64,000 nt of DNA from a virus: the IMG/VR virus record IMGVR_UViG_3300045999_009338, positions 11,374 through 75,373 of that record; one strand, given 5' to 3'. The notes beneath the pieces are model-generated. The model made no database searches. It was not told the origin of the DNA and worked only from the letters and a program-made list of their open reading frames with translations. This document shows, piece after piece, positions 46,224 to 55,272 of the stretch. Position 1 is the stretch's first letter. Each line of letters starts with the position of its first letter. Position numbers and translations under genes: made by a program.

Positions 46224-47711
46224 TTGGTTGATTCTCGGCCCGCGATGCGGGCCTTTTGTCGTCTTATGAAGCTGAAGGAAAAGGCAAAATGTGAGCCGAT
46301 TGCCCGTACTGGCAGGGTGCAGGATTGGCTGGATAGTCCTGATGGACGCCTGCCTGTGAGTTGCACGGTGTTCAACGTAGAAGATTCAATGGAGGGCGAA
46401 GATGGCATTGAAGCGTCTTGGCGGTTTGTTAGCCATGGCTTGCGCAATGGTGCGGGGGTCGCTGTTCATTTGTCTTCTTTGCGCGAAAGGGGCGCTGAAA
46501 ATGGCAAAGGCTTGGTGGCAAGCGGACCAGTAAGTTTTGGAAAAATTTATTCCACGCTTAATGAGATTTTGCGTAGGGGTGGTTTGTATAAAAACGGGGC
46601 TGTAGTGCTGCATCTTGACTATACGCATCCTGATGCCATTGAATTTGTTAATGCTTCGCGCAGCGAACTTCCTTGGGTGAAGCGCTGCTTGAATGTTGAT
46701 GATAATTTTCTTTCCGCATCGTCTCCCGAGTTGATTAATGCCTGTCTTCGTTCCATCTCTTCTGGCGATCTCTGGCTCAACAAAATCCGCTACAACAATC
46801 GTGGAGAACGCATCCGAGCCAATGTCTGCTTGGAAGTTTATCTTCCGCATCGTGGCACTTGTCTGCTTCAGCACGTTAATTTGGGTGCATGTACGCTGGG
46901 CAACATTCAAGGAGCTTTTGTTGAAGGCATGATGCAGCTTTGCGAGCTGCATTCCAAAACTGGCGTTGGTGACACGGGAGAATATCTTCCTGCTTCCATT
47001 GATAGGCAAATTGGCTTGGGCGTGCTGGGCCTGGCTAATTTCCTTGCCATTCAAGGGATTAGCTACGAAGATTTTGGCAATGCCTTGGAAGCTTATCTTG
47101 CTGAGGATCCTCGCGCGTGGGATGATTTCTGGAAAGGCACCATTTCTGGCGAAGCAGTGTGGCAAATCGACCAAGGCATTCAGAAGGCTGCGGAGATTGC
47201 TCGTGAGCATGAAATGGAACGTGCCTTCTGCATTGCTCCCACTGCATCGTGCTCCTATCGTTATTTGGACACCAGGGGCTTCACAACTGCTCCTGAAATT
47301 GCTCCTCCCATTGCTCGCACTGTTGATCGTGACTCGGGCACATTTGGCGTGGAAAGCTTTGACTATGGCGATGTAGAAACTGCTGCTGAAGTGGGCTGGG
47401 AAGCTTTCTATAAAGCTGCAAATGGTCTAGTAAAGCTGTATCAACGCACAGGATTATTCCATGGTTATTCGTTTAATTCATGGTCAGATGTGGTCATTTA
47501 TGACGAAGCATTCCTGAAGGATTGGCTAGACTCTCCTCAGACGAGCCTCTATTACAGCTTGCAAGTCCTGCCTGATACTCAGCGCAAGGACGACGCATAT
47601 GCTGCGTTGGATGACGACTTTAAGAGCATGTTTGGTCTCGATGAAGAGGCTGATCAGGATTCTGCGTCTTGTTCCGTAGAGGCTGGATTCTGCGCTGCTT
47701 GCGCCGAATGA
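46224..47711 (+). CDS. nrdA: Ribonucleotide reductase large subunit, short cyanophage type
   Basis: PVSC, NVCLE, CLLQHVNL, APTASCS, TSLYY, C-terminal C..CAE; start may be at the downstream ATG (MKLKE). Confidence 0.9.
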   Translation: MVDSRPAMRAFCRLMKLKEKAKCEPIARTGRVQDWLDSPDGRLPVSCTVFNVEDSMEGEDGIEASWRFVSHGLRNGAGVAVHLSSLRERGAENGKGLVASGPVSFGKIYSTLNEILRRGGLYKNGAVVLHLDYTHPDAIEFVNASRSELPWVKRCLNVDDNFLSASSPELINACLRSISSGDLWLNKIRYNNRGERIRANVCLEVYLPHRGTCLLQHVNLGACTLGNIQGAFVEGMMQLCELHSKTGVGDTGEYLPASIDRQIGLGVLGLANFLAIQGISYEDFGNALEAYLAEDPRAWDDFWKGTISGEAVWQIDQGIQKAAEIAREHEMERAFCIAPTASCSYRYLDTRGFTTAPEIAPPIARTVDRDSGTFGVESFDYGDVETAAEVGWEAFYKAANGLVKLYQRTGLFHGYSFNSWSDVVIYDEAFLKDWLDSPQTSLYYSLQVLPDTQRKDDAYAALDDDFKSMFGLDEEADQDSASCSVEAGFCAACAE

Positions 47712-47713
47712 AA

Positions 47714-47740
47714 AAGAAGGGGCCTTTCGGCCCCTTTCTC
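47714..47740 (+). terminator. Hairpin between nrdA and nrdB
   Basis: AAGGGGCC-TTTC-GGCCCCTTT. Confidence 0.6.
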
Positions 47741-47771
47741 CTCACACACCACGAAGACTTTATCACGAAAA

Positions 47772-48509
47772 ATGACTACTGCAGTAAAGAGCCCCTATCT
47801 GGACACCATTGCTAAAAAACGTCCCTGGCAGGCCGTTCCTGTGGGCAAGGGAGCTGTAGTCGAAGGCAGCGAAGAAACGCTGTTTAAGGCGCTTGCGCTG
47901 CGTCATCTGGAGCTTCCCGTCAAGGACTTTCTGCAGCAAGGCCTAGAGCGTGATCTCCCTTCCACTCATGGCGTGGTCGAAGCGCTGGAATCCAATATGG
48001 AGGACGAAGAGCGCCACGATCAGGCCCTTAACTACATCGCTGCTGTGCATGGCGTAGACGAGAAGGCGGAAAGCGATGTGTTGAACATCTTGAAAGTCTG
48101 GAACGAGCATCCTGCTCATCCAGTGCATAAAGCTGCCATTCTTGAGCGCTCTATTTTCTTTGTTGCATTGCCCTTCTTCCGCCAGAATGGCGACATGGGC
48201 ATGCGCACTGTTAGCGCTGACATTAGCCGCGATGAAAGGGTGCATACGGCCATCCATGGCATGGTTAGCAAAGAGCTGAATCAGGAAGACTCTGTAAGCC
48301 TGAACAAGCTTCGTGCCGCCACCGCTGCATGGCTGTTTGAAAAGCTGGGCACTAATGAAAACAAGTGGCTGGATAAGGATTTTTGGATGCGTTCATCTGA
48401 AAGTCTGTTCTTCACTGGCAAGGCCCCTGGAATGATGGAAACACGGCGAGCACGGCAAATTGCTTTCTTTGAAGCGCCAAACTATGACCTCCCGTCCTAC
48501 GGACGCTAA
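47772..48509 (+). CDS. nrdB: Ribonucleotide reductase small subunit (ferritin-like)
   Basis: DEERH, LERSIFF and ISRDERVH metal ligands; directly after nrdA. Confidence 0.85.
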   Translation: MTTAVKSPYLDTIAKKRPWQAVPVGKGAVVEGSEETLFKALALRHLELPVKDFLQQGLERDLPSTHGVVEALESNMEDEERHDQALNYIAAVHGVDEKAESDVLNILKVWNEHPAHPVHKAAILERSIFFVALPFFRQNGDMGMRTVSADISRDERVHTAIHGMVSKELNQEDSVSLNKLRAATAAWLFEKLGTNENKWLDKDFWMRSSESLFFTGKAPGMMETRRARQIAFFEAPNYDLPSYGR

Positions 48510-48577
48510 AAATCAAGGCCACAACTAAAAGAAGCGGATGCTAGTATTTTTACTGGCGTCCGCTTTTTATTTTTTGA

Positions 48578-49090
48578 ATGAAACAGTGTATTAAGTGTGG
48601 CGTTTTAAAAGAGCCTCGCGAGTTCTATAAGGAAAAGCGAGTGGCAGATGGGCTCACTGCTCGATGCAAATCTTGCATGAAAAGCGATGCTTCTATGAGT
48701 TACTCGGACAGGAAGGAAGAGGTAGCGGCTAGAAACAAGGAAAACTATTGCTCCCGCAAGGCGAAGGACAAAGCTTTGCGTAATAACTATGGAATCACGC
48801 TAAGGCAATGGGAAAGTATCTTTGATAGCCAAGGGTGCAAGTGTGCGATTTGCGGAAGCACAGAGCCTAATCATGCGAGTGGACAGTTTGTTGTTGACCA
48901 TTGCCACGAATTTGGTCAAGTGAGAGGAATTTTATGCGGACATTGCAATATCATGCTCGGACATGCAAAAGACGACATCAACACTCTCTTCGCAGCCGCG
49001 ATGTATTTAGTGAATAACTCCACCCCCGAATCAATCCAAGAACGAAAAGCGAAGCTTAAAGAGCTAAACGAGAACTTTGCGCTATATTGA
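48578..49090 (+). CDS. Endonuclease VII-family HNH homing endonuclease
   Basis: YGIT...Q...CAIC...VDHCH..G.VRGILC..CN..LG. Confidence 0.88.
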   Translation: MKQCIKCGVLKEPREFYKEKRVADGLTARCKSCMKSDASMSYSDRKEEVAARNKENYCSRKAKDKALRNNYGITLRQWESIFDSQGCKCAICGSTEPNHASGQFVVDHCHEFGQVRGILCGHCNIMLGHAKDDINTLFAAAMYLVNNSTPESIQERKAKLKELNENFALY

Positions 49091-49280
49091 CCAAGTTCCC
49101 GCTCTGCATTAGCATCGGGCTGACAGAGCTTAAGCCTCTGAAGCGATTAGCGCTTGTTAATCGCTTCACGCTTAAGCCATCACTTCGCCCCCAAGCTTAG
49201 CTCTCGGGCGGAAATCATTTTGTTGGCGCCAACAAAATGGTTTTTAGAGATGATGCTCAAACAGGGGGCTTCTGGCCCTG

Positions 49281-49342
49281 AAGTGTTGGCACACGTTAGG
49301 CAAATAGCCTAGAATTCCGTGGTTCGATTCCCGGCAGCGCCT
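49281..49342 (+). pseudogene. Degenerate tRNA-like element
   Basis: GGTTCGATTCC T-loop and a partial acceptor stem, but a bulged T-stem and no D-arm. Confidence 0.35.
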
Positions 49343-49347
49343 TTTCC

Positions 49348-49548
49348 ATGACTCGCTATCGCATCGTCAAACGCGGAGGTTTAGCGAATCCAACCAAGGC
49401 TTATTACGACGTAGAAGAGCAAGTCTTATGCTTTTGGTTTTGGCAAAATACGTTTACGAAGCTTGAAAGCGCAGAGGCGTTAGTGAAAGATCTGCAAGCG
49501 CAAGATAGGCGCATTAAAAGGCAAGTGGTTGGGGAGTATGAGGAATGA
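49348..49548 (+). CDS. Hypothetical protein
   Basis: RYRIVK...W.W motif family. Confidence 0.5.
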   Translation: MTRYRIVKRGGLANPTKAYYDVEEQVLCFWFWQNTFTKLESAEALVKDLQAQDRRIKRQVVGEYEE

Positions 49549-50120
49549 GCGCCTTCGTCATCGCAGACACTCACTGGGGTCACGCCAAAAGCATTTCTTT
49601 CGTGCGTCCTGATGGCGAATTGCTGCGTCCATTTTCTTCTGTAGAAGAAATGGACGAAACAATGGTGGAACGATGGAATGAGAAAGTAGGCAAGCGCGAT
49701 ACGATTTACCATCTTGGTGATGTGGTCATTCCTCGTGCAAGCTTGAAAATTCTTGATCGTCTTAATGGACGCAAGATTCTCATTCGCGGGAATCATGACA
49801 TTGGACCATTGAAAGACTTTTCTAAATATTTCGATGACGTGCGAGGAGCCTTTTTTCACAATGGCGATTCGACCATGCGAGGAGGATTAATCTTCACTCA
49901 TATCCCCGTGCATCCAGCATGCCTGTCAGGGCATTATCTAGGCAATGTTCACGGTCATTTGCATTGCCACCAAGTTTTTAATGAAAAAGGAGAAATTGAT
50001 AAGCGTTATTACAATGCTTGTGTGGAAAGGAATGATTTCGCTCCTGTAGCATTTGAAGAGATAAAAGCCTTCTTCAAGGGCCATGACGGAACGCAGGACT
50101 TTCAACACGCCCCTGCGTGA
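49545..50120 (+). CDS. Calcineurin-like metallophosphoesterase
   Basis: ADTHWGH, HLGD, GNHD, THIP, HGHLH. Confidence 0.9.
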   Translation: MSAFVIADTHWGHAKSISFVRPDGELLRPFSSVEEMDETMVERWNEKVGKRDTIYHLGDVVIPRASLKILDRLNGRKILIRGNHDIGPLKDFSKYFDDVRGAFFHNGDSTMRGGLIFTHIPVHPACLSGHYLGNVHGHLHCHQVFNEKGEIDKRYYNACVERNDFAPVAFEEIKAFFKGHDGTQDFQHAPA

Positions 50121-50319
50121 GCCATTGAATCCAATTATTTACCAATCCTTGCGAGCCATTGATTGGCACAATGCTCAATATTTTCTCACCATGGATCAGT
50201 GGCATCTTGAAAAAGCTGCCATCATTAGGCAGTATGTGACAGAGCTAAAGGCCTGGATTTATGAGCAGGAAGACCGTGTGGAGAATCTGGGCGAAGGCGC
50301 TAGGGGAGAAGGCGAGTAA
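50083..50319 (+). CDS. Hypothetical protein
   Basis: FNTPLREP.N..I...L.AID.H motif. Confidence 0.5.
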   Translation: MTERRTFNTPLREPLNPIIYQSLRAIDWHNAQYFLTMDQWHLEKAAIIRQYVTELKAWIYEQEDRVENLGEGARGEGE

Positions 50320-50512
50320 GCATGATCATGAAGCAGACAAGGTGGCGCTTATTCGCACATTGATCTTTGTTTCCTACTTGGTTACGAATGTCTTCATAAT
50401 TTCTGGCGTAATCCGACACTGGGATGATGGATTAAGGCAACATGAAGGATCTTTAAGTTGCTTGAAGGCAACAAAAAGGGAGCCTAGAGGCTCCCTTTTG
50501 CGCAATGGTTAA
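50261..50512 (+). CDS. Small membrane protein (WRIWAKALGEK family)
   Basis: WAKALGEKA...AD.VA.IRT...N.FII.GVIRHW. Confidence 0.6.
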   Translation: MSRKTVWRIWAKALGEKASKHDHEADKVALIRTLIFVSYLVTNVFIISGVIRHWDDGLRQHEGSLSCLKATKREPRGSLLRNG

Positions 50513-50632
50513 TCAAAACCAATGAGGCTTAGGCACATAGGCAACGCCACGATAGACGAGGCTTGCCATTTGTGCTTCACGCAGACGAGCTGCTTTCTCA
50601 AGCTGTTGCTTGATGAGGGCGAGAGGGTTCAT
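50513..50632 (-). CDS. DUF4278-type YRG peptide (39 aa), not in the ORF track
   Basis: MNPLALIKQQLEKAARLREAQMASLVYRGVAYVPKPHWF. Confidence 0.75.
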   Translation of the reverse strand: MNPLALIKQQLEKAARLREAQMASLVYRGVAYVPKPHWF

Positions 50633-50651
50633 GATAGTTCCCGATGATGCA

Positions 50652-50702
50652 GGCCCCCGTTCCGTGGCTTGCGAGTCATGCGCCCCTTTCGGGGTGAACG
50701 TA
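50652..50702 (-). promoter_or_regulatory. Glutamine-II riboswitch (Downstream-peptide RNA motif)
   Basis: CGUUCACCCC-GAAA-GGGGCGCA...CACGGAACGGGG directly upstream of a YRG peptide. Confidence 0.8.
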
Positions 50703-50719
50703 CCATCAGTGTAGCAAAG

Positions 50720-50792
50720 TGCCCGAAGCAGGATTTGAACCTGCGCTGGAGCGGTTTTAAGCCGCCTGTCTCTTCCGCTGGACTACTCGGGC
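50720..50792 (-). tRNA. trnL: tRNA-Leu(UAA) with a short variable loop
   Basis: GCCCGAG acceptor, GGCGG-CTTAAAA-CCGCT anticodon arm, GGTTCAAATCC T-loop; no encoded CCA. Confidence 0.88.
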
Positions 50793-50977
50793 TGGTGAAG
50801 TTGAGGGCGTCGAAACGGGGCTTCAATCCGTTTTGTACGACATTTCAGAACGGGTTGGCCCGTTCCCCTCTTCCCCTGGTACAGAACAATGGCGCCTGAA
50901 ACCATTGTTCCTTGTTGAACTAACGCTGGCCAGCGTGCTTCGCGAAAGCTTCAAAAGCATAGCATGGCTTTTGCTAG

Positions 50978-51223
50978 TCAAACGTCATATTCTCTTAAGG
51001 AAGCGTTCTCGGGGAAAAATCCATCGTTTGCGTCGTAAGCCTGCTCCAAGGTTTCAATTTGCTTCAGGCGTTTCGCATGGGCCTGGAGCTTCGGAAGGAG
51101 CGTCGGAACGTAGAGATGTTCAGCAGCAAGAAGCTGTAAGGCAGTTTGCCTATTGGAGCTTCCGCATTCAAGCAAAGAAATAAGGAACCTTGCCTCCTGC
51201 ATAGTTAATTCGCTGTTCTTCAT
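50978..51223 (-). CDS. Hypothetical protein
   Basis: 81-aa ORF downstream of terL. Confidence 0.45.
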   Translation of the reverse strand: MKNSELTMQEARFLISLLECGSSNRQTALQLLAAEHLYVPTLLPKLQAHAKRLKQIETLEQAYDANDGFFPENASLREYDV

Positions 51224-51254
51224 TTCATGGGAGAACTATTGTTTGAAAATCATA

Positions 51255-52622
51255 CTAAGAGATGAGACTTTCAATCCAGCCAATGTCATCGTCTTTGCTG
51301 GCGGCAAGAATTGCACCTGCCATTGCAAATGCCAAGTCGTCAATTCCCGACGCTTTGCCGCCAGTAACGCTCCATTGCCCGCTTGGTTTGTAAACCACTG
51401 TGAGATTCTTTAGCTGCATAATTGCTTTCTCATGGCGATAGACATTAATTTGACCTGCATTAAACAATTCGCGCATCTTGCTGAATGCTTTCATCTTGGA
51501 ACTAACTGTCCACGTGAGCTCCGTGATGGGCAAATCACTAGACAGGCTTTGGATGGTGCCAGCGCTATTGAACTGGTCCATCACGATCGTGTCAAACACA
51601 TACAGACGATGTTGCTCCTTAATCCAATCTTCCACTGCATTGATATTCACTTCCATCCTTCCATTGATTTCAAAATCAGCCATGAATGAATGGAACTTAT
51701 CAACGACTAACGTGCCATTTTCATAGTGAACAATACAAGCAGTGTAGTCGTCACGACCAACGCCACCACGGGCGGGGTCCAGGGCAAGTACATAGGCCCC
51801 CTGGAATTCAGGGCGTGGTGGTAGAGCGGCTCTACGGTCATCAATACAGGCGTCAATAACATCGCTTGCAACGAGGGCTGAAAGATTGCTTGCGAATTGC
51901 GCCCCGTACTCAACTTTAAATTTCTCTGGATCGCGCTGACGCTCTGTGTCAAGAAACTCTTGCGAAATGCTTGGGTTCATCTCCCATGTTGGGAGATTCA
52001 CCGCTTGCATGAAAGGGAATCTTCCAGAGCTTGCTTCTTTGAAATGCTGATAGAAGATGCCGTCTGTTAGCCATGGCGAGGAGAGTTCAAGGATGCGTCC
52101 TTTCCCTCCGAACTGGGCAATGGCAGGAGAAAGCGCGTCGTAAATGCCTCGACCACCGCTGTTTGCATCGCCTTCAGTGGCAAAGGCAAGCTCGTCAAAC
52201 ACTGCGCCTGCGCAAGCAAGGCCACGAGCAGCACGGCCTGAAGTGGGGATGGCCTTGAATACGCAGTTATTGCTCAGTTCAATGATGTCGGCAGTTTCGC
52301 GGACAATTTCTTGAGCGAAAGGGCTATCAAGAATGAGCTGGCGAATGTTATTGAGAGCAATGCGGGCTTGGTCCTGACTGTTTGCTACGGTCACGATGTA
52401 CCATTTCTCGCCTTTTCTTACGCGCCTGCGATATTCATCCTCCAGGACGAAGCACATATAGACGCAGGCCACTGCTGCCATAACAGTTTTGCCTGATCGT
52501 CGGCCAAGAGCCCACACTGCATGGCTCTTATCTGGCTGGAAGAAATTATCAAGGATTTTTGCCTGCTGTGGATAGAGATCCAGCTTGAGAGCGTGCTTGG
52601 AAAAGTCAGAACATTTCAGCAT
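51255..52622 (-). CDS. terL: Terminase large subunit
   Basis: LYPQQ, GRRSGKT Walker A, VFDE Walker B, LALDPA nuclease motif, DDLA. Confidence 0.92.
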   Translation of the reverse strand: MLKCSDFSKHALKLDLYPQQAKILDNFFQPDKSHAVWALGRRSGKTVMAAVACVYMCFVLEDEYRRRVRKGEKWYIVTVANSQDQARIALNNIRQLILDSPFAQEIVRETADIIELSNNCVFKAIPTSGRAARGLACAGAVFDELAFATEGDANSGGRGIYDALSPAIAQFGGKGRILELSSPWLTDGIFYQHFKEASSGRFPFMQAVNLPTWEMNPSISQEFLDTERQRDPEKFKVEYGAQFASNLSALVASDVIDACIDDRRAALPPRPEFQGAYVLALDPARGGVGRDDYTACIVHYENGTLVVDKFHSFMADFEINGRMEVNINAVEDWIKEQHRLYVFDTIVMDQFNSAGTIQSLSSDLPITELTWTVSSKMKAFSKMRELFNAGQINVYRHEKAIMQLKNLTVVYKPSGQWSVTGGKASGIDDLAFAMAGAILAASKDDDIGWIESLIS

Positions 52623-53121
52623 GGCGCAAGTCTATAAGAGGAAGCAATGCAGACTGAGGAACGAAATAAGCTGGTCTTCCATGAGCGGGATCTTTCTTCC
52701 ATTGTTCCTTCATGGCATCTTCACTCCTTATCCAACCATGGAGAAGAGTGATTTTGTTTTGAATTGTAACCAGCACTAAAGTTTTTCCGGGCTTCTCGTC
52801 TAGTTGGCAGATGAGATCATAGTTATGACGAGAGCGTGTTTTCACGTCAATGTTGGGAGGTAGATCAAAAGATCCGCGAATGGCTTCTGTTTCTTGATAG
52901 AGAAACTCCCGTAGATGGAGATAATCTGCCACTGCCAGTTCGCCCGCAGCGCCAATCTTGTGAGCGAAAAGAGCTTTCTCTCCATCTTTCGGGCCTCCAT
53001 TGCGCCCTTTCAGGCCTTTTCTCTCATTGAAACGCTGCCTGCGCATGGCTTCCGTCCGCACAAGCTCCTTGTCTTCCTCGCTGAAATGGAAAACAATGCC
53101 AAAGCTAGCCATAGTGTGCAT
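52606..53121 (-). CDS. PD-(D/E)XK-like protein
   Basis: G..GELAVA.YL...D...IDVKT. Confidence 0.5.
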   Translation of the reverse strand: MHTMASFGIVFHFSEEDKELVRTEAMRRQRFNERKGLKGRNGGPKDGEKALFAHKIGAAGELAVADYLHLREFLYQETEAIRGSFDLPPNIDVKTRSRHNYDLICQLDEKPGKTLVLVTIQNKITLLHGWIRSEDAMKEQWKKDPAHGRPAYFVPQSALLPLIDLRHAEMF

Positions 53122-53187
53122 AAGCTACGTGACAATGTAGCCGGGTTCTAGAATAAAAGCAACACATCATGGCCATAAATAAAGCTT

Positions 53188-55272
53188 ATGGAAAGCGACG
53201 CAATTGATCTTGGTCACGTTGGTAGTGGCGGAGTGAGAGCTGATGGTCTCCAGAACGTGCTCATTGGCATGGGCACTGGTCGTGACAAGGCGCAATATAC
53301 TAAAACTACAGCCACAGTATTTCTGGCGCAAGAAGAACTAGAAAATCTTTATGGTGAATGGCTTCCTCGTCGCATTGTTGATATTTATGCTGACCAGGCC
53401 ACTCGAAAAGGCTTCAAAGTATTGTTTGGTGGCGATGGCGTTAGAGCCGAAGAAGTGCAAGGAATTGAGCAAGTAATTGAAGACCTCTACATCCTCGAAC
53501 ATCTCAATCTCGCAGCCAAGAACGCCCGCCTTTATGGGGGTGCTTGTCTACTTCTTTTTATTGACGATGGGCGTCCCGCTTACATGCCTGTCGATAAACG
53601 GAATATCCGTCGCATCGAAGACATTGAGTGCTTGGACCGATGGCAAATTGCGCCCGTTATTAATGAAGAAAACCTCTACGACTATTCAAAAGCCACTTAT
53701 TATCAGATCATCTCTGGAGATTTAATTAACCAGCCGCAGCTTTCTTATATTCACAAAGACCGCATTCTTCGTTTTGATGGCGATTGGCTGCCCTATCGCA
53801 TTAGGCAAAGGAACTATGGATGGGGCATGAGCAGTTTGCAAACTGTTTATGACAGCTTCCGTCATTATTGGACGGGCTTGAATTCAGCAGCAACGCTCCT
53901 CACGGAGTTTGACATCTTTGTTCATAAAGTGAGGGGCCTTGCGGCAATGCTTGCTGCTGGCAAGGAAAGCTCCATTCGTGATCGTTTGCAAGTGAACGAT
54001 ATGAGCAAGAGCATCTATCGCGGCTACGCGATTGATGCGGAGAAAGAAGAGCTTGAATTTATTAGTCGCAACTTTGGTGGTATTGGAGAAATCCTTGAGA
54101 AACTGCGCGTGGATATTATTGGCGCCAGCAAAATTCCTCACACCGTGCTGTTTGGGGAGAGTCCAAGTGGTCTTGGTTCCACTGGTCGCAGTGAAGAGCG
54201 TGATTTCGCCAAAACGCTTGCTGATTATCAAAGCGTTCATTTCAAACGGCCCATCAAGAAGCTGATGGAAATGATCATGCTTAGCAAGGAGGGCCCCACG
54301 AAAGGAGAGCTTCCTGAGTCATGGCGCATTTCTTTCAATCCATTGTTCGAGCTTAATGAGCGCGAAATGGCCGACGTACGGGCGCGTGTGGCGGCCGTAG
54401 ACGGTCGCTACATCCAGCTTGGCGTGCTGAGTCCCAAGGAAGTGGCAGATGCTCGTTACGGCGGTTCTGAGTGGAGCATGGAACTCACCTTGGATCCGTC
54501 CGTAGTGCGGGAACTTCCTGCTCAAGCTGGGGGTGGTTCCACTCAGAAAGGGGGTGACGGGAAAATGGCAGTGCCTCCTGGTGGTCGTGATCCTATGAAC
54601 GAGGAGAACGGCACGCTTCCCATGGACGGAAGCCGTGAAGTGCAAGACGCTGCTGGCTTATTTCTGCCTCGTGATCTAGAGAAAGTCCGTGGTGACGTGA
54701 CATTCACTGATAAAGAGCTACATTCTCGGGCAGTAAGCGCTGCTAAGTCCAAATTCAAAGTGTGGCCTTCTGCTTACGCCAGTGGCTACGTGGTGCAACA
54801 GTACAAGCAAATGTACAAGAAGAAGCACGGTTCACTGAGCGGAGCATTCAAGAGCGACGAACAAGAGCTTCATGCTGACGATCTTGATAAATGGTTCAAG
54901 GAAAAGTGGGTGAGGATTGGCGCCAATGGCGAAATCCTTGGTCCGTGTGGCGCTCGCGAGGAAAAAGAAGGCAAGCCTAAATGTCTGCCGCAAGCCAAGG
55001 CGCAAGCCATGAGCAAAGAAGAGCGTCAAACAATTGTTGCTCGCAAACGCAAGGCGGATCCCGATCCCGAACGCAAAGGCCCAGCCAAGAATGTGAGCAG
55101 CAAAGTTGATGCAATGGAGCCTATGAAAGTCGAAGGCTTGATTCTTTCCGACCTTGACGAAGCCGCATTGATTAGCGCCGAGGATATTGACGCTGCATTG
55201 AACCAATGGAAGGAGGAAGCGCCTGAGCGTTTCAAGGATATTCTGGAGGCTGAAGATGCAAGGCCTGAATGA
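53188..55272 (+). CDS. Portal protein (DUF1073-type) with appended C-terminal domains
   Basis: RIVD..A..ATR, ARLYGG, IH.DRI, IP.TVLFGESP.GL..TG. Confidence 0.85.
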   Translation: MESDAIDLGHVGSGGVRADGLQNVLIGMGTGRDKAQYTKTTATVFLAQEELENLYGEWLPRRIVDIYADQATRKGFKVLFGGDGVRAEEVQGIEQVIEDLYILEHLNLAAKNARLYGGACLLLFIDDGRPAYMPVDKRNIRRIEDIECLDRWQIAPVINEENLYDYSKATYYQIISGDLINQPQLSYIHKDRILRFDGDWLPYRIRQRNYGWGMSSLQTVYDSFRHYWTGLNSAATLLTEFDIFVHKVRGLAAMLAAGKESSIRDRLQVNDMSKSIYRGYAIDAEKEELEFISRNFGGIGEILEKLRVDIIGASKIPHTVLFGESPSGLGSTGRSEERDFAKTLADYQSVHFKRPIKKLMEMIMLSKEGPTKGELPESWRISFNPLFELNEREMADVRARVAAVDGRYIQLGVLSPKEVADARYGGSEWSMELTLDPSVVRELPAQAGGGSTQKGGDGKMAVPPGGRDPMNEENGTLPMDGSREVQDAAGLFLPRDLEKVRGDVTFTDKELHSRAVSAAKSKFKVWPSAYASGYVVQQYKQMYKKKHGSLSGAFKSDEQELHADDLDKWFKEKWVRIGANGEILGPCGAREEKEGKPKCLPQAKAQAMSKEERQTIVARKRKADPDPERKGPAKNVSSKVDAMEPMKVEGLILSDLDEAALISAEDIDAALNQWKEEAPERFKDILEAEDARPE

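Noticed and set aside
49095-49345. tmRNA
   Set aside because: No GGGGC 5' end with a G3-U70 acceptor stem and no tag reading frame identified
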